In this document: in pieces, positions 1 through 8,555 of the stretch
Layout of the letters: each line of letters starts with the position of its first letter
Numbering within the stretch: the stretch's first letter is position 1
IMG/VR virus record: IMGVR_UViG_3300009187_000021
Span: 1 to 64,000 of that record
Origin: a virus
DNA: 64,000 nucleotides
Direction: 5' to 3' (one strand)
Program-made: the position numbers and the translations under genes
The notes under the pieces: model-generated
The model's database searches: none
Seen by the model: the letters and a program-made list of their open reading frames with translations, nothing else
What the model was told of the DNA's origin: nothing

Positions 1-170
1 AACTCTTTGAGTGGATCTTCACCATAGATTAGATCTCGTGCCTGATCATTAGTGTTAGGAATGTAGTAACAATCTACACCGTATATTTTTATTGATTCTA
101 CCATCAAATCTTCAATGAGTCTTTGCTCCGGATTTGATGCATAGTTATTGAAATATACGTTAGTTGCCAT
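1..170 (-). CDS. gp14: Neck protein gp14, N-terminal part (runs off the window edge)
   Basis: Manual translation from ATG at 170: MATNVYFNNYASNPEQRLIEDLMVESIKIYGVDCYYIP...DLIYGEDPLK, typical gp14 N-terminus; directly follows gp13. Confidence 0.88.
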   Translation of the reverse strand, partial: MATNVYFNNYASNPEQRLIEDLMVESIKIYGVDCYYIPNTNDQARDLIYGEDPLKE

Positions 171-174
171 GATA

Positions 175-954
175 TTAGTTTAGGTAAAAGTCAACAGGCA
201 ATGAATAAGAATCAAGCATTTCTTGTTCTAACTTTGCAATCTCTTCAGATGCTTCATCAAAGATCTTATCACCATTCAACATTACGCCACCAGGCAATTG
301 AACACCTTGAAATTTCTTTAAGTTTGCACCCCAATTACGTTTGATTAGTGCAGTTGCATATTCTTTTAACCAACGATCATTCCATACAGAAACATAGTCT
401 TCTGGTTTTACTAGTGCATGACACTCTGCAATCACAACAGTTCCTGCATTGACTGCTGTACCCCAACCCCAATCACAGAATAACTTATGCATGTGACGTT
501 GGAATCGAATAGGAACTTCACCAGTAAACATTAACTCTAGTGATCTAAGATGCTGCATCGTCAATGTGTAGTTAATATATGATGCAGAAGTGAAGTCATA
601 TAGTTCGTTCAATCTAAGTTGATATCTCAGATCGAACATATTGTTCTGTGCAATCGAATCGGAGATTGGAAATATTCTTGTGACACCAATAATATTAACA
701 GATGCGTTTGTCGTATCTCTTGTCACATCTGGTGACATGTTGATGTATTTGTTTGTAATATCAGTAGCGTCTAATCTTTTGATATAGTATACTTTCTGGA
801 GTGCATCAAAGTGGTAGTCTTGCCAGTATTGGAGTGCATCATCAATTCTATCTTCTACCTGATCATCATCAACGTTAATTTCAATAACAGGAAATCCAAG
901 TCTCCTTAGACAATAATCTTTGAATAGATTTCTTGTAGATACTAATGTTGCCAT
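175..954 (-). CDS. gp13: Neck protein gp13
   Basis: Motifs YCLRRLGFPVIEINVDDDQVEDRIDDALQ, WNDRWLKEYATALIKRNWGANLKKFQGVQLPGGV; gp13-gp14 synteny. Confidence 0.93.
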   Translation of the reverse strand: MATLVSTRNLFKDYCLRRLGFPVIEINVDDDQVEDRIDDALQYWQDYHFDALQKVYYIKRLDATDITNKYINMSPDVTRDTTNASVNIIGVTRIFPISDSIAQNNMFDLRYQLRLNELYDFTSASYINYTLTMQHLRSLELMFTGEVPIRFQRHMHKLFCDWGWGTAVNAGTVVIAECHALVKPEDYVSVWNDRWLKEYATALIKRNWGANLKKFQGVQLPGGVMLNGDKIFDEASEEIAKLEQEMLDSYSLPVDFYLN

Positions 955-982
955 GGTGCATTTCCGAAAATATGTATTATAC

Positions 983-990
983 TATTTATC
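983..990 (-). promoter_or_regulatory. T4-type late promoter variant GATAAATA upstream of gp13
   Basis: tatttatc on + strand, in the intergenic gap between the upstream stop and the gp13 ATG. Confidence 0.6.
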
Positions 991-992
991 TA

Positions 993-2549
993 TCACTGGT
1001 ATCGATAACGAATGACAACTATACCTGATCCTCCTGATCCACCAACTTTAGTTTCAGATCCATTACCGCCAACCCCGCCTCCACCTCCACCAGTATTAAC
1101 AGTGCCAGGGAAACCATTTAGTCCCGCTTCAGTGCCGCCTGCTCCGCCCCCACCTATTCCCCCTGAACCATTAGGAGTTACACCATAAGCGTCTCGTTGT
1201 CCACCCCCGCCTCCACCAGCATAATAAACACTAGTGCCAGTTATAGTTGATGATAGTCCTGGACCACCGTTTATAAAGGCACTGATAGGATATCCACCAA
1301 AACTGCCAGCGTAAGCACTACTACTAGCAGGAGCAGTCTGTCCAGGACCACCTGCACCCCCACCCCCGCAACCTGCTGCATAAACATAACCACCACCATT
1401 ATTACCTTGTCCTGCTGTTCCCAATCCAGGGGCGCCGCCACCTTGAGTACCACCACCACCTGATCCTCCGTCCTTTCCCGCTTGTGGCCCATTGTGTGTA
1501 CCACCTCCACCTCCACCAATAGATGTAATAGCAGAGAATATTGAATCTGATCCATTTTCTCCTCGAACATTACCCCCAGCGCCAGTACCGCCAGCTCCTA
1601 CGGTAATACTGTAAGATTGTGCGCTGACACTAATGGTACCAGTTCTAAATCCACCAGCACCACCACCACCGGCGTTCGACTGACCAGCACCACCACCTGC
1701 GCCTCCTCCAGCTACTACTAGATATTCAACACTACTACTAGTAGGTGTAATAGAATTAACATTGAAAGTACCGCTTGATGTAAAAGTGTGTATTTTATAA
1801 TTACCATCATAAGTGATTGTACCGCCAGTAGCCGACAAATAACCAATTCCTAATAAAGGATTCCATGTACTGTTATAGTATACTTCCAAATAACCAGTTT
1901 GACTATTAATTCTAGTATAACCATTATATGCGGTTGCGGGACGTTGCGCTGTATTACCCACTGGTAAAGCGAATGCACCATTGCTTGAATTTTGTTGATC
2001 ACTAACTGCCGTTGGCGTAACACTAACATTAGCCCATGATGCAGTGGTGCCATTTGTTGTCAAGAATTTACCAGAATTAGCAGTTTGCGTTGGTAATGTA
2101 GTTACATTTGACCAACTTGAATTAGTACCATCAGTCGTTAAGTATTTACCAGAGTTACCACTTTGAGATGGAAGTGCCGAAACATTCGACCAAGATGATA
2201 CACTACCATCAGTAGTTAGATACTTACCAGAGTTACCTGTTTGAGATGGCAATGTATTTGATGCACTTATTCTACCGTTTGCAGCAACTGTAATGGTTGT
2301 ACCATCTGCAATTACACCACCTAAAGTACTTGTTGTTGCTGCAGGTAATGTGTAACTTGATCCAGACACAAATGGTGCAGAATTGGCATAGTAATAATTG
2401 GCAGCATACACTGCTGTTGCATATAGATTGCCTCTAATTCCTGCTCCACCTGCAACAATCAGAGCACCAGTTGTGTTACTTGTACTTGATGTTGTGTTTG
2501 GTAGAGATAGAGAATCTATCGCAGTGGTAATTAATCTTCTTATTGCCAT
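993..2549 (-). CDS. Fibre protein with three LPSQTGNSGKYLTTDG repeats and a C-terminal glycine-rich adhesin-like domain
   Basis: Fibre motifs (TGALIVAGGAGI, LPVGNTAQRP); VEYLVVAGGG...GSGIVVIRY domain preceded by YKIHTFTSSGTF. Confidence 0.75.
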   Translation of the reverse strand: MAIRRLITTAIDSLSLPNTTSSTSNTTGALIVAGGAGIRGNLYATAVYAANYYYANSAPFVSGSSYTLPAATTSTLGGVIADGTTITVAANGRISASNTLPSQTGNSGKYLTTDGSVSSWSNVSALPSQSGNSGKYLTTDGTNSSWSNVTTLPTQTANSGKFLTTNGTTASWANVSVTPTAVSDQQNSSNGAFALPVGNTAQRPATAYNGYTRINSQTGYLEVYYNSTWNPLLGIGYLSATGGTITYDGNYKIHTFTSSGTFNVNSITPTSSSVEYLVVAGGGAGGGAGQSNAGGGGAGGFRTGTISVSAQSYSITVGAGGTGAGGNVRGENGSDSIFSAITSIGGGGGGTHNGPQAGKDGGSGGGGTQGGGAPGLGTAGQGNNGGGYVYAAGCGGGGAGGPGQTAPASSSAYAGSFGGYPISAFINGGPGLSSTITGTSVYYAGGGGGGQRDAYGVTPNGSGGIGGGGAGGTEAGLNGFPGTVNTGGGGGGVGGNGSETKVGGSGGSGIVVIRYRYQ

Positions 2550-2574
2550 TTTTTTACTCTAAAAGTTTATTCTA

Positions 2575-2582
2575 TATTTATT
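2575..2582 (-). promoter_or_regulatory. Late promoter variant AATAAATA
   Basis: tatttatt in the intergenic gap upstream of the 993..2549 gene. Confidence 0.5.
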
Positions 2583-2942
2583 TTATACCATATCCGGAGT
2601 AGTAAAAACATAATTATAACTTCTTCTTATTCCTCCGTTATCACACCAGAGTTCTAATGTGTATGTCGTGTTTGATTCTAGATAAATTCTGGAGTGTTCT
2701 ATGTAGTTATCAAATAATACATTCTCCGTTGAAATATATTTTTTAGTAATACCAAATGTTTCAGTAAACAGTTGTTCTGAATCTTTTTTAAGTTTAACAC
2801 CAAAAGTTAGATTGTTAAATATGACAACTGATTCACCATCGGAGAAATAGAATCTCACATCTGCATAGTGAGATTGCATATCTTCTTCTCTGACTGTCCA
2901 TTCACCACTTTGTAAATTGCAATTAACTAGAATTTTACTCAT
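2583..2942 (-). CDS. Hypothetical protein, 119 aa
   Basis: ORF fills the gap between two fibre genes; AGGAGG ribosome-binding site upstream. Confidence 0.7.
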   Translation of the reverse strand: MSKILVNCNLQSGEWTVREEDMQSHYADVRFYFSDGESVVIFNNLTFGVKLKKDSEQLFTETFGITKKYISTENVLFDNYIEHSRIYLESNTTYTLELWCDNGGIRRSYNYVFTTPDMV

Positions 2943-2964
2943 ATCAACCTCCTATGATATAAAA

Positions 2965-4437
2965 TTATGGATAAGGGTATCTAATTACCACTACTCCTGG
3001 ATATCCGGCAGATGGACTTGCACCACCCAATGGACCATTGCTTCTACCACCACCACCGCCTCCATAATATGATCCTGGCGAAGCTCCTCCACCGGTTGGA
3101 GCTCCGGGTCCACCTCCTCCTGATCCACCAATTCCACCGGGAGCACCACCCTCTGCTGCTACTCCTCCAGGCGCTGGCCAAACTCTGTTTGATGCGCCAC
3201 CGCCACCACCGCCACTATATGTGTTTCCATCAAAAGGTGAATATTCTCCATTTCCGCCTGGTCCACCAGCGCCTGGATCTGGCGACGGTCTAGGATCCTG
3301 TGCTGGCGGTGAAGATGCTTTGTTTCCTCCATTACCATCGCTGCCAGCACCTCCTCCGCCACCGCCTCCCCATCTATTATATTGGTTGAATGGACTATTA
3401 TCTGCTCCGGGTAATCCACCCGCATGTGCTCCTTGATTACGAAATTGAGATCCGGACCAACCACCTTGAGTACCACCGCCGCCGTCCCAACCAGTATAAG
3501 AACTACCAGCAACTAACTGACTACCCACAGGCGACGGTCTGTTGACTCTTGAATTATCTGCGCTGCTCGGTCTAAATACAGCTCCTTGTCCGACGGTAAC
3601 TACTCTTGATTCCGTTGTGGGTATTCCTATTCCATAAGATGTAATAATTTGTCCGCCCCCTGCACCTGCACCTGGACCCTGCCCGGCATTACCACCTCCA
3701 GCTCCAACAAGTAGTATATCAAATGAGTGTCCTGCTTGATTTGATGAAACTGAGAACTCTCCTGGAGAATTAAACACATGGAATCTATATCCAGCAAAAG
3801 AACCGGTGCCATCATATACTGATCCTCCACCCGCAGATATTGGAGCAAATAATGGTCTAACAGAATTGCTTGATGAACTTTGTGCACCTTCACCAACAGA
3901 GTTAGTTGCTGATACCGTAAATGTGTAGTCCGTGTTTCCGTTCAAACCAGTCACTGTTATAGGTGAACTAGATCCTGTTACAGTGTGTCCACCTGATGAT
4001 CTGACAGTGTATTGTGTAATCGAATCGCCGCCACCCCAAGATGGAGCGGAAAACGAAACAGTTGCTTGAAGTGTGCCTGGAGAACCAACAACAGCAGATA
4101 CACTAGTAGGTGCATCAGGCACGCTCCAAATTCTTGCAGAGTTGGAACTAGCAGAAGATAATCCAGTGCCGATTAGATTTCTTGCTACTACTGTGAATGT
4201 GTATGTTGTACTTGATGTTAATCCAGTTACAGTAATCGGTGAACTAGATCCGGTTGCAGTAATACCACCGGGTGATGATGTAACAGTATAGTCAAGAATA
4301 GGACTGCCGCCGTCATATCCAGCAGTAAATGTTACAGTTGCAGAACTTGTAGATATTGCAGTAGCAGTTCCTATTGTAGGTGCAATTGGCGTTGATATAC
4401 CACCACTCGCTGCAAACATACCTAAAAAACCAGACAT
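2965..4437 (-). CDS. Adhesin-like protein: two fibronectin type III-like repeats plus glycine-rich domain
   Basis: Two P.APT....A...ATV.F.A...GG..I..YTV.SS.G...YTFTV.A.N..G repeats; YRFHVF...FDILLVGAGGG...GVVVIRYPYP. Confidence 0.75.
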   Translation of the reverse strand: MSGFLGMFAASGGISTPIAPTIGTATAISTSSATVTFTAGYDGGSPILDYTVTSSPGGITATGSSSPITVTGLTSSTTYTFTVVARNLIGTGLSSASSNSARIWSVPDAPTSVSAVVGSPGTLQATVSFSAPSWGGGDSITQYTVRSSGGHTVTGSSSPITVTGLNGNTDYTFTVSATNSVGEGAQSSSSNSVRPLFAPISAGGGSVYDGTGSFAGYRFHVFNSPGEFSVSSNQAGHSFDILLVGAGGGNAGQGPGAGAGGGQIITSYGIGIPTTESRVVTVGQGAVFRPSSADNSRVNRPSPVGSQLVAGSSYTGWDGGGGTQGGWSGSQFRNQGAHAGGLPGADNSPFNQYNRWGGGGGGGAGSDGNGGNKASSPPAQDPRPSPDPGAGGPGGNGEYSPFDGNTYSGGGGGGASNRVWPAPGGVAAEGGAPGGIGGSGGGGPGAPTGGGASPGSYYGGGGGGRSNGPLGGASPSAGYPGVVVIRYPYP

Positions 4438-4438
4438 A

Positions 4439-5434
4439 TTACGTCAATCCTATTCCAAAAATATACCAAGTATCTGTTGCAACTTTCAAACATGTTGCAA
4501 TACCATTTGATGCAAGAGTTCTATTACCAGTAGAAACAGAGTTTGCCCACTTCAACGTAACACCAGAACCTTGTGTAATTGTAAGTGATGTTGCATTACT
4601 AACGACAGTGATTACTGCACCGATTTCAAATGGTACAGAAGAGTTTGGTGGTATTGTTACACCAGAACTAACATAAACATGTTTACCTGAATCACCAAGT
4701 GCTAAGTTACCCGATGATGTACCACTCTGAGGCATGTTTCTAAAACCAAACTGATACTGAGTACCAGAGAAATCTAATACTGTACTTACGTTTGCAAGTC
4801 CAGTGAGTGTTTTGTTTGTTAATGTCTGAGTACCGGTGAGTGTGACTGCTACGTTTGCATCAAGAGATATAGTCGTTGCTGATGTTCCATTATAAGAAGA
4901 ACCGACTGTAGAATTAATACCACTACCGAATGTTAGTGATGCAAGTGTGAAGTTATTACCAAGTGTAACAGTAGATCCATTAATAGTAATAGAAGAATTA
5001 GATAACTTAGAGTTGGGAATATTTCCTGACAACATCGTGTTACTAATAGTACCAACGTCATTTGATGTAATCATTGCACCAGATGTTGTTGGGAAAGTAA
5101 TTACATTACCACTTGATGTAGTAATCGTAGATACATTTACAGTAGTTGCTGTGATTGTTCCGTTCGCAGTGATTGATCCATTACTAATAATCGAGTTACT
5201 AGTGATTGATCCATTACTAATAATCGAGTTACTAGTGATTGATCCATTACTAATAATCGAGTTACTAGTGATTGTTCCTAATACAGTTACATTAGAGAAC
5301 ACGTTTGATATTAGTGGTACACCATTAGCATAGAAGTATCCATTCGCATACATGCGATCCGTTATAGCAGCATTAGATGCAACTATAGTGCTTGCTATAT
5401 TGATGTTGTCTGTAAGAAATGAATAGTTTGCCAT
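4439..5434 (-). CDS. Tail fibre-like protein
   Basis: Fibre motifs IPNSKLSNSSITING and TLTGTQTLTNKTL; C-terminal knob-like segment ending ATCLKVATDTWYIFG. Confidence 0.7.
   Translation of the reverse strand: MANYSFLTDNINIASTIVASNAAITDRMYANGYFYANGVPLISNVFSNVTVLGTITSNSIISNGSITSNSIISNGSITSNSIISNGSITANGTITATTVNVSTITTSSGNVITFPTTSGAMITSNDVGTISNTMLSGNIPNSKLSNSSITINGSTVTLGNNFTLASLTFGSGINSTVGSSYNGTSATTISLDANVAVTLTGTQTLTNKTLTGLANVSTVLDFSGTQYQFGFRNMPQSGTSSGNLALGDSGKHVYVSSGVTIPPNSSVPFEIGAVITVVSNATSLTITQGSGVTLKWANSVSTGNRTLASNGIATCLKVATDTWYIFGIGLT
5168..5274. repeat. Perfect 33-nt intragenic tandem repeat (three copies plus a partial), encoding SNSIISNGSIT
   Basis: agtgattgatccattactaataatcgagttact at 5168, 5201 and 5234. 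Confidence 0.95.
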
Positions 5435-5439
5435 GTTTT

Positions 5440-5447
5440 TATTTATT
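5440..5447 (-). promoter_or_regulatory. Late promoter variant AATAAATA, 5 nt upstream of ATG 5434
   Basis: tatttatt on + strand in the intergenic gap. Confidence 0.55.
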
Positions 5448-5463
5448 TAACTCCACTTGATGA

Positions 5464-7257
5464 TTACCAGGTCACTGTTCCAGTACCAGATGTGAATTTA
5501 TAAATCTTATACCCAGCGCGACTTGATGTATCGGGCGTTGGCACCGAAGGCCCAGTAGTTCCATTACACACCAATGATGATGTCATTGCAGTGATATTTG
5601 GGAAAGAACTTGGATAGGCAATGATGACTACGCCAGAACCACCGTTTCCGCCAGCTCCATCGCTACTTCCGTTATAACCGCCTCCTCCACCACCTCCGCC
5701 AGTATTTGTAGCTCCAGCACTACCGGCTCCACCCTGACCACCAGCGCCGCCAGATGTTGGAGATGCTGGAGCTGTTACGGTTCCAGTATATCCACCGCCG
5801 TTTCTTGCGCCACCAGAACCGCCACCTGCATAAGTTACCGAAGTGCCAGTAATACTGGAAGCAAAGCCAGTCCCGCCAGCGCCCGATGCGGAACCAGAAC
5901 CAGCGCCGCCAACTCCAATCGCCCCTCCTCCGCCACCAGATGGGTAAGGCGTTGCAGCAGTTGCAAGTCCGTTGCCCCCAACTTGTCCTTGCCCAGCAAT
6001 AGCTGAACCTCCATAAAGCCCGTTTAAACCAGCCGTTGCTGCGCCACCACCAGATGCCCCTGCCAAACCGTTTGCAGTTCCGCCTCCACCTCCACCTCCA
6101 CCAGAAGCAGTAATCCCTCCAAATACAGAACTAGAACCATTAGTTCCATTTCCTTGAGATGCTCCTCCGGTTCCGTTTGCACCAACAGTGACGGTAATTG
6201 CAGAACCAGAAACAACACCAAAGTTACTATGTGCTAAGTAACCACCTGCACCGCCGCCACCACCCAAACTACCGCCACCACCTCCACCACCAACAACAAG
6301 CAGATCCATGCCAGTAATGGCAAACTGAATCGGTGAAGTCCTTGGAGTTAATGTGCTTGAAGATGTAAACACATGCACAACAAAGTTACCGGACACATAA
6401 ACTGTTCCACCATCGAAATACTGAGTTGTACCAGGATAACGAATGACTACGATGCCTGATCCACCTGCCGCAGCAGCACTTGCAGCGGCATACCCTGATG
6501 CGCCACCACCACCACCACCTGTATTGACTGCACCAGCTTCTGTAACCCCATTATTACCGTTGCCGCCTTTACCTCCCCCACCATAACCGCCAGCACCACC
6601 ACTATTCGCCGCATTAACATTTGCGCCACCACCACCTCCACCAGCATAAGCGACTCGGGTACCCGTGATATCAGAAGCAATACCGGCGCCGCCAGCACCT
6701 CCAAAACCAGTGCCGCCACCCGCCACAGTAAACGAACCGGGTAACCCTACTGTTCCTGCACCACCACCACCGCTTGCGCCACAACCAGTAGCGTTTGTGC
6801 TAGCGGCAGCGCCACCAGCATTGCCTTGTCCAGAAGTCCCCGCTCCCGGCTGTGTTTTTTGCGCACCACCGCCACCAGAACCACCACTTAAACCATTTAT
6901 GCTTGTACTGCCATCCCAATTTCGACAACCGCCTCCTCCGCCTATTGCAGAAACTAGTGTAACCCCACTTAAAACAATAGTTGTATTGACTCCAGATGTG
7001 CCGACCAGGTCGTTTCCGCCGCCAGCACCTCCAGTACCTATGGTGACAGTGAAAGATTGACCTGTAGCTGGGGCGCCAATATATCCTTGAAGTAATCCGC
7101 CACCGCCACCGCCGCCAGAATAGTATCTACCACCTCCACCTCCGCCTCCGGCAACAGCTAGATACTCTACCACAGTAGGAGGGACACCTATCCAATCTAA
7201 ATTTTTAATTGCTTGTGCAACTTGACTTAGTGTCCACATCCCGCTGTATGCTGGCAT
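5464..7257 (-). CDS. Adhesin-like protein with two tandem glycine-rich domains
   Basis: VEYLAVAGGG...VVIRYP followed by MDLLVVGGG...VIIAYP...YKIYKFTSGTGTVTW; N-terminal SGMWTLSQ...W motif. Confidence 0.78.
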   Translation of the reverse strand: MPAYSGMWTLSQVAQAIKNLDWIGVPPTVVEYLAVAGGGGGGGRYYSGGGGGGGLLQGYIGAPATGQSFTVTIGTGGAGGGNDLVGTSGVNTTIVLSGVTLVSAIGGGGGCRNWDGSTSINGLSGGSGGGGAQKTQPGAGTSGQGNAGGAAASTNATGCGASGGGGAGTVGLPGSFTVAGGGTGFGGAGGAGIASDITGTRVAYAGGGGGGANVNAANSGGAGGYGGGGKGGNGNNGVTEAGAVNTGGGGGGASGYAAASAAAAGGSGIVVIRYPGTTQYFDGGTVYVSGNFVVHVFTSSSTLTPRTSPIQFAITGMDLLVVGGGGGGGSLGGGGGAGGYLAHSNFGVVSGSAITVTVGANGTGGASQGNGTNGSSSVFGGITASGGGGGGGGTANGLAGASGGGAATAGLNGLYGGSAIAGQGQVGGNGLATAATPYPSGGGGGAIGVGGAGSGSASGAGGTGFASSITGTSVTYAGGGSGGARNGGGYTGTVTAPASPTSGGAGGQGGAGSAGATNTGGGGGGGGYNGSSDGAGGNGGSGVVIIAYPSSFPNITAMTSSLVCNGTTGPSVPTPDTSSRAGYKIYKFTSGTGTVTW

Positions 7258-7262
7258 TTCTA

Positions 7263-7658
7263 TTACTCCTGAACTGGCGCTGTTTCTTCCGTTGATGGCA
7301 CAACTGGAAAGACAAATTCAATCCATGAAGTTGTTGCTTCATCCCATGTATACATCTTGCCTTCCTCAACAGGCATAGGAGTTGGTGCATTCCACAAACA
7401 TGTTTCTTCATTCAATAACCAAGAAGCATATGGTTTAGGTGGAATAAAAGCATCTCTTACACTATCATAAGTGTAACCAACGCCGGCATAATTCTTACGT
7501 AATGGTGTACCACCTAGTGTATGTACTCCACCTTGTGTATTATATGAAGTCTGAACCCAAGATGCAGGATCACCCCAATGACCTAGATCAAGAACTTCTT
7601 TTTCAATTACAATCACTTGTGTGACTACACCGTTTTCTACTTTAGCAAAATGTGCCAT
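7263..7658 (-). CDS. Small Trp/Pro-rich partner protein (tail-fibre-assembly-like), paralogue of 14404..14805
   Basis: Start reassigned to MAHFAK at 7658 (GGAG RBS, no overlap with upstream gene); TSYNT.GG.H..GGTP.RKNYAG.G...D..RDAFIPPKPY.SW...TC.W.AP motif. Confidence 0.72.
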   Translation of the reverse strand: MAHFAKVENGVVTQVIVIEKEVLDLGHWGDPASWVQTSYNTQGGVHTLGGTPLRKNYAGVGYTYDSVRDAFIPPKPYASWLLNEETCLWNAPTPMPVEEGKMYTWDEATTSWIEFVFPVVPSTEETAPVQE

Positions 7659-7672
7659 ATTAAAATCTCCGT

Positions 7673-8545
7673 TTAGAAAGTAATAGAACCAGAACTGGTC
7701 CAAATATATATCTGATATCCGTTGTTGTATAGTATTTGTGGATTGCCTGTTGTACTTGCGGGTGGTGCTAGATTTTGTGGGTAACGAATAATAACGATGC
7801 CGGAGCCGCCGTTTGAAGAATTGCCAGAGCTATAGCCGTTACCCCCGCTGCCGCCACCTGTATTGGCTTGCCCCGCAGTAGATGACCCATCATATCCACC
7901 TACACCACCGCCACCGGCCCCACCCAATCCCCCCGGTCTTGGACCGCGATTGTCGCCGCCGCCACCTCCACCGCCAGCATAAAAAATTCTTGAGCCAGTA
8001 ATAACTGAACAAAATCCTGTCCCACCGCTTCCACCAGCGGAAGATGACCCATTCACTCCTACAGAACCCGCGCCACCGCCACCACCGCCGGTCGTATAAC
8101 TTGAATTATCTGTGCTATACAAACCCCCTGAGTTTCCCTGATCTGCGGTTCCAGCACCGCCTGTAGTTAAACCGCCGCCACCGCCAGAACCTCCAGAGCC
8201 ACCAACGTAACTATTTCCATTTGAAGACCCAAAACCACCGCCAAGTGATTTAATCCCGGTGCCGGTGCCGCTACTTGTCAAATAAAATTCTGAAAACCCA
8301 CCAGCATTGCCAGCATTGCCAGATGCAACTCCAGCCCCGCCAGCACCAACGGTAATTGTGTAAGAAACACCTGCGGTAATGTTGTAACCAGAAGCAGTTA
8401 AAACACCACCTGCACCGCCACCGCCAGCCGAATTAGAACCACCAGAACCCCCGCCAGCGACAACAAGATACTCAATCGTGCTAGTCTTTTGGTCTGTGAA
8501 GGGGTTAAATGTTGCGCTTAGAAAACCTCCTAGATATTGACTCAT
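7673..8545 (-). CDS. Stand-alone glycine-rich adhesin-like protein
   Basis: IEYLVVAGGG...GSGIVIIRYP...YQIYIWTSSGSITF. Confidence 0.78.
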   Translation of the reverse strand: MSQYLGGFLSATFNPFTDQKTSTIEYLVVAGGGSGGSNSAGGGGAGGVLTASGYNITAGVSYTITVGAGGAGVASGNAGNAGGFSEFYLTSSGTGTGIKSLGGGFGSSNGNSYVGGSGGSGGGGGLTTGGAGTADQGNSGGLYSTDNSSYTTGGGGGGAGSVGVNGSSSAGGSGGTGFCSVITGSRIFYAGGGGGGGDNRGPRPGGLGGAGGGGVGGYDGSSTAGQANTGGGSGGNGYSSGNSSNGGSGIVIIRYPQNLAPPASTTGNPQILYNNGYQIYIWTSSGSITF

Positions 8546-8555
8546 ATTATAATCC

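Noticed and set aside
5168-5274. 33-nt repeats as a CRISPR array
   Set aside because: Copies are directly adjacent with no spacers, lie in frame within a CDS, and no cas genes are present.
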